Assembly (NCBI GenBank): GCA_035063585.1
Contig: JAPSGB010000011.1
Coordinates: 1-64,000, forward strand
Origin: Polyangiaceae bacterium
Lineage (GTDB): Bacteria; Myxococcota_A; Polyangia; Polyangiales; Polyangiaceae
DNA: 64,000 bases
Reading direction: 5' to 3'
In this document: positions 58,235 through 64,000 of the stretch, piece by piece
Layout of the letters: every line of letters begins with the position of its first letter
How positions within the stretch are numbered: the stretch's first letter is position 1
The notes under the pieces: generated by a model
The model's database searches: none
What the model saw: the letters and a program-made list of their open reading frames with translations, nothing else
Told to the model about the DNA's origin: nothing
Translations under genes and position numbers: made by a program

Positions 58235-58678
58235 GTGTCCGGACGGATGAAGGCGCTCTTTCTGCTCGCGCTCGCGCTGGTGCGTACGCTCCTCGGGCGG
58301 CTGTTCGCGCGCCGGGTGAGTGGGCTCGCGTCGTTCCGCGAGAACTACGACGCGGACGGCCTGCCGCCGGTGACCGAGGACGAGCGCGCGGCGATGGCCG
58401 AGTTCGGGCGTTGCATCGCCTGCGGGCTCTGCGATCGCGGCGAGGCGGCGCGGATCGCGGCCTCGCGCGGCGAGTACCGCGGGGTCATGCCGCTCATGCT
58501 GGCCGCCTCCCGGAGCATGCCCGACTACCGCCTGGCGGCGCGTTCCTTCGCGCACGTGCCGGACGCGGTGCTCGCGGAGAAGGAGCAGCGCTGCCCGACC
58601 CACGTCCCGATGCGCCGCATCGCGCGCTTCGTGCTCGAGAAGAGCGAAATGACCCGTCCGGGCCCGGCCGCCGTGTAG
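58235..58678 (+). CDS. Small Fe-S-like protein (CxxCxxC plus distal CP)
   Basis: CIACGLC...EQRCPTHVP; hydrophobic N-terminus; start GTG 58235 or ATG 58247. Confidence 0.65.
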   Translation: MSGRMKALFLLALALVRTLLGRLFARRVSGLASFRENYDADGLPPVTEDERAAMAEFGRCIACGLCDRGEAARIAASRGEYRGVMPLMLAASRSMPDYRLAARSFAHVPDAVLAEKEQRCPTHVPMRRIARFVLEKSEMTRPGPAAV

Positions 58679-58694
58679 TAGAGACGACCCTGCC

Positions 58695-59522
58695 ATGACA
58701 AGCGATCCCTCGAACATTCCGCTGCCCGCGCTCGACGGCTGGGCGCTCATCCTCGGCGCCTCGAGCGGTTTCGGCGCGGCGACCAGCCTGGCGCTCGCCC
58801 GCGCCGGCGTCGACATCATCGGCGTGCACCTCGATCGGCGCGCGACCCTGCCGAACGTCGAGCGGCTCACCGCCGAGATCCGCGCGCTCGGCCGGGAGGC
58901 GTGGTTCTTCAACGTGAACGCGGCCGACGACGACAAGCGCGCGGAGGTGCTGGCGGAGGTGTCGCGCCGCTTCGCCGAGCGTGGGCGCGGCGAACAGGTG
59001 CGCGTGCTCCTTCACTCCATCGCCTTCGGCACGCTGCGCGATCTGGTCATCTCCCCGCCGGACGAGGTGGTCACCCGCAAGCAGATGGACATGACCATCG
59101 ACGTGATGGCAAATAGCCTCGTTTACTGGGCGCAGGGCCTCGTGCACGGCGAGCTGCTCTCGAACCAGGGGCGCATCTTCGCCATGACCAGCAACGGCTC
59201 GTCGCAGGTGTGGCGCCGCTACGGCGTGGTGAGCGCCGCCAAGGCCGCGCTCGAGGCCCACATCCGCCAGCTCGCCTTCGAGCTCGGGCCGCGCGGCATC
59301 ACCGCCAACTCCATCTGCGCGGGCGTCACCGACACCCCCGCGATCCGCAAGATCCCCGACAACGAGGCGATCATCGAGGTCGCCATCCGCAAGAACCCGT
59401 GGCATCGCCTGACCCGCCCGGAGGACGTCGCCAACGCCATCGTCGCGCTCGCGCAGCCCTGCACGTACTGGCTGAACGGTGACGTGCTCTATGTCGACGG
59501 CGGCGAGGCGCACTCGGGCTGA
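58695..59522 (+). CDS. SDR-family enoyl-ACP/enoyl-CoA reductase (FabL/FabI-like)
   Basis: GASSGFG, TS.GS, Y..VSAAKAALE (Y-x6-K), TDTPA...IP, P..RL..PEDVA. Confidence 0.83.
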   Translation: MTSDPSNIPLPALDGWALILGASSGFGAATSLALARAGVDIIGVHLDRRATLPNVERLTAEIRALGREAWFFNVNAADDDKRAEVLAEVSRRFAERGRGEQVRVLLHSIAFGTLRDLVISPPDEVVTRKQMDMTIDVMANSLVYWAQGLVHGELLSNQGRIFAMTSNGSSQVWRRYGVVSAAKAALEAHIRQLAFELGPRGITANSICAGVTDTPAIRKIPDNEAIIEVAIRKNPWHRLTRPEDVANAIVALAQPCTYWLNGDVLYVDGGEAHSG

Positions 59523-59596
59523 GCGCGCGCCCACGCGCGAGCCGGGGAGGGCGTGCCGGTCCGGCGCGGCCGGCGTCGCGGGCGGCGGCGCGCGCC

Positions 59597-61891
59597 TCAG
59601 CCCTTCACGAGCGCGAGCCGCGCGCCCGCGCCGAAGGCGGCGAGGTGACCGCTCTCCTCCGCGACGTACACGTCGCAGCGCTCGTCGACCCGGACCAGAT
59701 CGGGGATGAGGTCGCTCGGCACGGCGCCGATGACCTCGCCGTCGCGCGGGCGCATGACGTGCACCTGGTGCTGCGGCACGAAGAGCGCGCCGCCGCGCAA
59801 GACCGGCTCGAGCCGGCGCGGCTGATCGGCCTCGACGTTGCGCGGGAAGACGTGATTATAGCGGAGCGTGCCGGTGTTCGCGTCGATGCAGACCAGGGTG
59901 CCGGCGCTGCTGTTGGCGATGAGCGCGTCGTCGACGCTGAGCCAGGCGGTGGTCGGCGCGGTGAGCCCGGGCGCGTGCTGCCAGAGCGGCGCGCCGGTCT
60001 TACGCGAGAAGGCCGCGGCGCCCGCGCCGCGGCGGTCGCGCGTCACGACCACCACCACCTCCGGCGTCACCAGCGGGGCCTGACCGGGCGCGGCGCGCTC
60101 GTCGAGCTCGGCGCTGTAGCGCAGCTTACCCGAGAAGGGATCGAGGTGGAGGAGCCGGGCCCGCCCGCGCGCGGTGCCGGCGAGCGCGAACGCGCCGTCG
60201 TGGTCGACGGTGGTGTCGCCCGAGAAGGGCAGGCGCTCGCGCACGCGCCACACGACCTCGCCGGTCGCCACGTCGAGCGCGCTGAGCGCGGTGTCGCCGC
60301 CGGCCACGAGCAGGAGCTTGCCGGCGCGCCGGACGCGGTAGGCGCCCGGGCGGCGCAGCGCGTGGCGCCAGCGCACGTCGCCGCTCACGAGGTCGATGGC
60401 GGTGATCTTGCGGTCGCCCTCGGCCAAGACGAGCAGCTTCGGCAAGCCGGGCGCCTGCACCACCGCGCCGCTGGCGCCGCCCGCCGCGCGCGGGGTGACG
60501 CGGACCGAGAAGCGCACCTCGCCGGAGTCGAGCTCGTGCAGCATCACCCGCCCGTCGGGGTGGATGCGGGCGAGCCCGCTCGGCGTGACCACGCACGCGG
60601 CGCGCGCGGTCGGCGCGCGCCAGGCCACCACGCCGGTCGCGCGGTGGATGCTCGCGGTCTCCCGCGCCGAGCCCACCACCAGCATCTCTCCGCAGAGGAA
60701 GGTCGCGCGCAGATCGATGCCCGGCACGGTGGCCGCCCAGCGCGGCTGGAACCGCATCTTGCCGCCGTGCTCCCAGGGCCCCATCACCTCGGTCGCCCGG
60801 CGCGGCAGCCCGAACGAGCGGTAGCTCTCGGGATCTGGGTTCTCGCAGGAGTCGTCGCGCTCGGCGTCCTCGGCGCGGCTCGCGAGCGCCTCGGCAGAGG
60901 CGGTGAGCGCGGCGAGCCGGAGGTTACGGCCCTGTCCCGGATCGCCGGCGGTGAAGGCGTCGGCGACCGCGCGCGCGAAGCGCACCGCGGCCTGGGCGAG
61001 CGTGGCCGGCGCGACCTCCGGGAAGTTCACGGCCTCGCCGCGCGCGTGGAGCGCCGGGCCGCCGATGCTCACCGTGAGCGGGCCGTCGCCCGCGCCGTGA
61101 CGCACCGCCAGCCGCGCCTCGCCGACCTCGAGGCGGCGGAAGAGCGGGCGCGCGCCCTGCCAGGCGTCGAGCGCCTCGTCGGCGAGCGTGACCAGCTGCT
61201 CGGCGACCAGAAAGAGCTGCGCGCGCCCGAGGCTCGCGGTCCGCCCGCGCGCGGTGACCGCGAGCGAGCCCTCGACCAAGAGCCCGTGCAGATCGGCGCG
61301 CTCGAGCCCGCCGGTGTCACCCGCCTCGCGGCGCGCCTCGCGGCCGAGCTGGCGGAATGAAGCGCGCGCCGAGAAGCCGAAGCCGCGGCTCGCGCGGGGA
61401 GCGATGGCGAGCTCTGCGACGGCGCGCGCCGCGCGCGGGCAGGCCTCGGCGGTCGCGAGCACCCCGCGGGCGACCGCGAGCGCGCGCGTCACGCTGCGCG
61501 GCGGCGCGTCGCCGGGGCCGTCGTCGATGGCGTTCAGGATCGCGGCGCGGAGCTCGGCGAGGCGCACGCGCCGCTCGAAGACCGCCACCTCGGGGCTCGG
61601 GCCGGAGCGGTAGACGGTGACCAGCGCGTCGGCGCCGTCCGCCTCGAGGCCGAGCTCCCAGGCCTCGTCGGCCGCGTAGAGCTGGAGGGTGGCGCGATCG
61701 CGGCGCCCGGTGGTGAGCGAGGCCACCGCGTGGGCGAGCTCGCCGAGCAGGGTGAGCGCCTGCGCTTCACCGACGCGCGCGGTGACGTTGACCCCGTCGA
61801 CGATGACGTCGAAGAGCCCGTGCAGGGGGGCGAGCGGCGCCGCGGCGGCGCTCGACGGGCAGGGACGGACCACCACGTGAATCGCTGACAT
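59597..61891 (-). CDS. Protein with C-terminal PQQ-like beta-propeller repeats
   Basis: Repeated A.D..TG...W motifs; N-terminal domain not recognised; no signal peptide. Confidence 0.8.
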   Translation of the reverse strand: MSAIHVVVRPCPSSAAAAPLAPLHGLFDVIVDGVNVTARVGEAQALTLLGELAHAVASLTTGRRDRATLQLYAADEAWELGLEADGADALVTVYRSGPSPEVAVFERRVRLAELRAAILNAIDDGPGDAPPRSVTRALAVARGVLATAEACPRAARAVAELAIAPRASRGFGFSARASFRQLGREARREAGDTGGLERADLHGLLVEGSLAVTARGRTASLGRAQLFLVAEQLVTLADEALDAWQGARPLFRRLEVGEARLAVRHGAGDGPLTVSIGGPALHARGEAVNFPEVAPATLAQAAVRFARAVADAFTAGDPGQGRNLRLAALTASAEALASRAEDAERDDSCENPDPESYRSFGLPRRATEVMGPWEHGGKMRFQPRWAATVPGIDLRATFLCGEMLVVGSARETASIHRATGVVAWRAPTARAACVVTPSGLARIHPDGRVMLHELDSGEVRFSVRVTPRAAGGASGAVVQAPGLPKLLVLAEGDRKITAIDLVSGDVRWRHALRRPGAYRVRRAGKLLLVAGGDTALSALDVATGEVVWRVRERLPFSGDTTVDHDGAFALAGTARGRARLLHLDPFSGKLRYSAELDERAAPGQAPLVTPEVVVVVTRDRRGAGAAAFSRKTGAPLWQHAPGLTAPTTAWLSVDDALIANSSAGTLVCIDANTGTLRYNHVFPRNVEADQPRRLEPVLRGGALFVPQHQVHVMRPRDGEVIGAVPSDLIPDLVRVDERCDVYVAEESGHLAAFGAGARLALVKG

Positions 61892-62016
61892 CCGAGCGCG
61901 AATCGTAGGGCGCGCAGGCGCTCGAGCTCGAATTTTGAGACAGAATCGCCGGAGAGTGGACAGGACCCCGCCGAACCGGCTAGGCGCGCCGCCGGGGGCG
62001 AGGGAAGGTCGGGCGC

Positions 62017-63432
62017 GTGGAGCGTCGCACCCTCGGCCAGGCCGCGCTCGGCGCGCTCGCCGCGGCCGTGATGATGCTCGCGCTCTCCGGCTACACGGTG
62101 GACGACGCGCTCATCACCGCCCGCGTCGCGACCCGCCTCGCGCACGGCGAGGGCTATCGCTTCAACACGGGCGGGCCGCGCGTCGACGCGGTGACGCCGC
62201 TCGGCTACGCGAACCTGCTCGCGCTCGTGGCCGGCGCGACGCCGCTCGAGACGCTCGCGCGGGCGCGCCTGCTCGGCGCGCTCGCCTGGCTCCTCGCCGC
62301 CGCGGGGCTCGGGGTCGGGCTCGCGCGCGTCGGGCGCGGGAGCGCCGAGCCCGGCGCGCTCCGGTTCGCGCCGCTCCTCGCGCTCGCGCTCTCGGCTCCG
62401 CTCGGCGCCTGGGCGGTGAGCGGCATGGAGACGGGCTGGGTCACCGCGCTCGCGACCGCGGCGCTGCTCCCGGGTTCGGGCGGCTGGCTCGCCGCCGGGC
62501 TCGCCGCGGCGTGGCGGCCGGAGCTGCTCCCGTGGGCGCTCACCCTCGCGGTGGGCTCCGCGCTGGTCGCGCGCGCGCCGCCGGCGCGGGTGCTCGCCGC
62601 CGCGTCGCTCGCGCTCGCGCCGGCGCTCGCGGTGGCGGGTGTGCGCGCGGCGCTGTTCGGCTCGCCGGCGCCGCTCGCGGCGCTCGCCAAGCCCGCCGAT
62701 CTCGAGCACGGGCTCCGCTACGCGCTCGGCGCGCTCGCGCTCACCGGGCCGCCCTGGCTCGTCCTCGCGCCGCGCGGGCTCGCTCGCCTCGCGCCGCGGC
62801 TCCGGGTCGTGGTGGCGGCGGCGGGCGCGCACTTCGCCGCGCTCGCCCTCGCCGGCGGCGACTGGATGGCGCTCTATCGGCTCGCGGTGCCGGTTCTGCC
62901 CGGGCTGCTCCTCGTGGGCGCCGCGCTCGCTCGGGTCACGCCGTGGTGGGCGACCGCGCTTCGCCTCGCCGCGACGCTCGCCGTCGAGGGGCTGGTGCTG
63001 ATCGGGCTCGGGCCCTCTGCGGCCCGGGTGACCGAGCGGCGCGCGGCGCTCATCGCCTCGGCGCGTCCGGTCCTCGCCGGGGCGCGGCGCGTCGCCGCGG
63101 TCGACGTCGGTTGGGTCGGCGCGGCCACCCCGACCGACGTCGTCGATCTCGCCGGCGTCACCGATCGCGAGGTCGCGCGGCTGCCCGGCGGTCACACCTC
63201 GAAGCGGCTCCCCGAGCGCTTCCTCGAGGCGCGCGGGGTGGACGCCCTGGTGCTCCTCATCGCTCCGGGAGAGCCCCTCCGCGAGCCGTGGTGGACGAGC
63301 CGCTTCGCGCCGTACGCGGTCGACGCGCGGGTCGCCGCGCTCGCCGCCGACGCGGGTTTCCGCGCCGTCGCGACCCTCCCGCTCCCCGGCACCCGCCAGC
63401 GCTACCTCATCGCCCGCCGAGCGAGCCCTTGA
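62017..63432 (+). CDS. GT-C-like polytopic membrane protein (putative glycosyltransferase)
   Basis: VDDALIT.R.A..LA.G.G..FN, SGMET, RPE, GGDWM...R, D.G..G, D.AG.TD. Confidence 0.72.
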   Translation: MERRTLGQAALGALAAAVMMLALSGYTVDDALITARVATRLAHGEGYRFNTGGPRVDAVTPLGYANLLALVAGATPLETLARARLLGALAWLLAAAGLGVGLARVGRGSAEPGALRFAPLLALALSAPLGAWAVSGMETGWVTALATAALLPGSGGWLAAGLAAAWRPELLPWALTLAVGSALVARAPPARVLAAASLALAPALAVAGVRAALFGSPAPLAALAKPADLEHGLRYALGALALTGPPWLVLAPRGLARLAPRLRVVVAAAGAHFAALALAGGDWMALYRLAVPVLPGLLLVGAALARVTPWWATALRLAATLAVEGLVLIGLGPSAARVTERRAALIASARPVLAGARRVAAVDVGWVGAATPTDVVDLAGVTDREVARLPGGHTSKRLPERFLEARGVDALVLLIAPGEPLREPWWTSRFAPYAVDARVAALAADAGFRAVATLPLPGTRQRYLIARRASP

Positions 63433-63474
63433 AGTTACTTCAGGGAATGGTTAGTAAGTCGCGGAATCTCAAAG

Positions 63475-64000
63475 TCAAGCTGACCTCGAGCTCTTCGTGA
63501 GCTCGGGGTCGCTCACCGCCAGCTTCTCGAGCGCCTTGCGGAGCGCGCGCGCGTCCGGGTAGCGCTCGGCCGGCCGCAGCGCGAGGGCCCGCCCGATGAC
63601 CCGACGCCACGGCTCGGCGACCGCGCGGAGCGCTCGCTGGACGCCGCTCTCGGCCGCTTCCGGGCCGCGCGGGGGGAACGACGGCCAGGGGTCGAGGGCG
63701 CGCGCGGGTGGGGGCAGCCCGGTCAGGCACTCGTAGAGGACGGCGCCGAGCGCGTAGAGATCGGCGCGGCCGTCGAGCTCCTCGCCCTGCTCCTGCTCGG
63801 GCGACATGTAGCCCGGGGTGCCGACCGGCGCGCCCATGTTGGTGAGCCGCGTCTCGGCCCACTCGACCCGCGCGATGCCGAAGTCGAGGAGCTTTACCAC
63901 GGGCGGCGCTTCGGGGGCGGCGTCCCGCGCGCGAGAGAGGAAGATGTTGCTCGGCTTGAGGTCGCGGTGGACGACGCCGGCGGCGTGGACCGCGCTGAGC
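63475..64000 (-). CDS. Ser/Thr protein kinase, 3' part (start lies beyond the window)
   Basis: [26 protein letters not shown]. Confidence 0.93.
   Translation of the reverse strand, partial: LSAVHAAGVVHRDLKPSNIFLSRARDAAPEAPPVVKLLDFGIARVEWAETRLTNMGAPVGTPGYMSPEQEQGEELDGRADLYALGAVLYECLTGLPPPARALDPWPSFPPRGPEAAESGVQRALRAVAEPWRRVIGRALALRPAERYPDARALRKALEKLAVSDPELTKSSRSA

Noticed and set aside
63430..63475. AT-rich gap with short palindrome TGAAG-TTA-CTTCA as a dif or operator site
   Set aside because: No match to XerC/XerD arms; single short occurrence.

Overview
Very GC-rich (roughly 70-75% by eye) chromosomal segment. Its gene repertoire (Gly/Ser-linker lipoproteins, vWA and IgGFc-binding lipoproteins, AgmX/PglI-type and TSP3-OmpA proteins, several Ser/Thr kinases, PilZ-REC-DUF4388, Uma2) points to a myxobacterium, probably Polyangiaceae/Sorangiineae (inference). 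About 50 CDS, including guaA, lat, an RluA synthase, three acyl-CoA dehydrogenases, a HelD-like helicase and a TetR-controlled ThDP-enzyme/SDR operon, plus tRNA-Gly(CCC) and tRNA-Pro(TGG). Most notable: (1) an integrase-less ~1.35-kb islet in tRNA-Pro carrying a MazF/PemK-like gene behind an unrecognised 251-aa partner, a candidate new toxin-antitoxin pair; (2) a low-GC three-gene island with a CUB-PPC-CLCA-like metalloprotease that has a 7-bp x5 repeat just after its start codon (possible phase variation); (3) a 6S-like rod RNA in an unusual context; (4) a dispersed REP-like repeat family; (5) a sigma54 promoter driving an ECF sigma factor; (6) a ytfJ-ytfI-ytfJ-like operon; (7) repeated signs of leaderless transcription. 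All family calls come from visual motif recognition, not from database searches.
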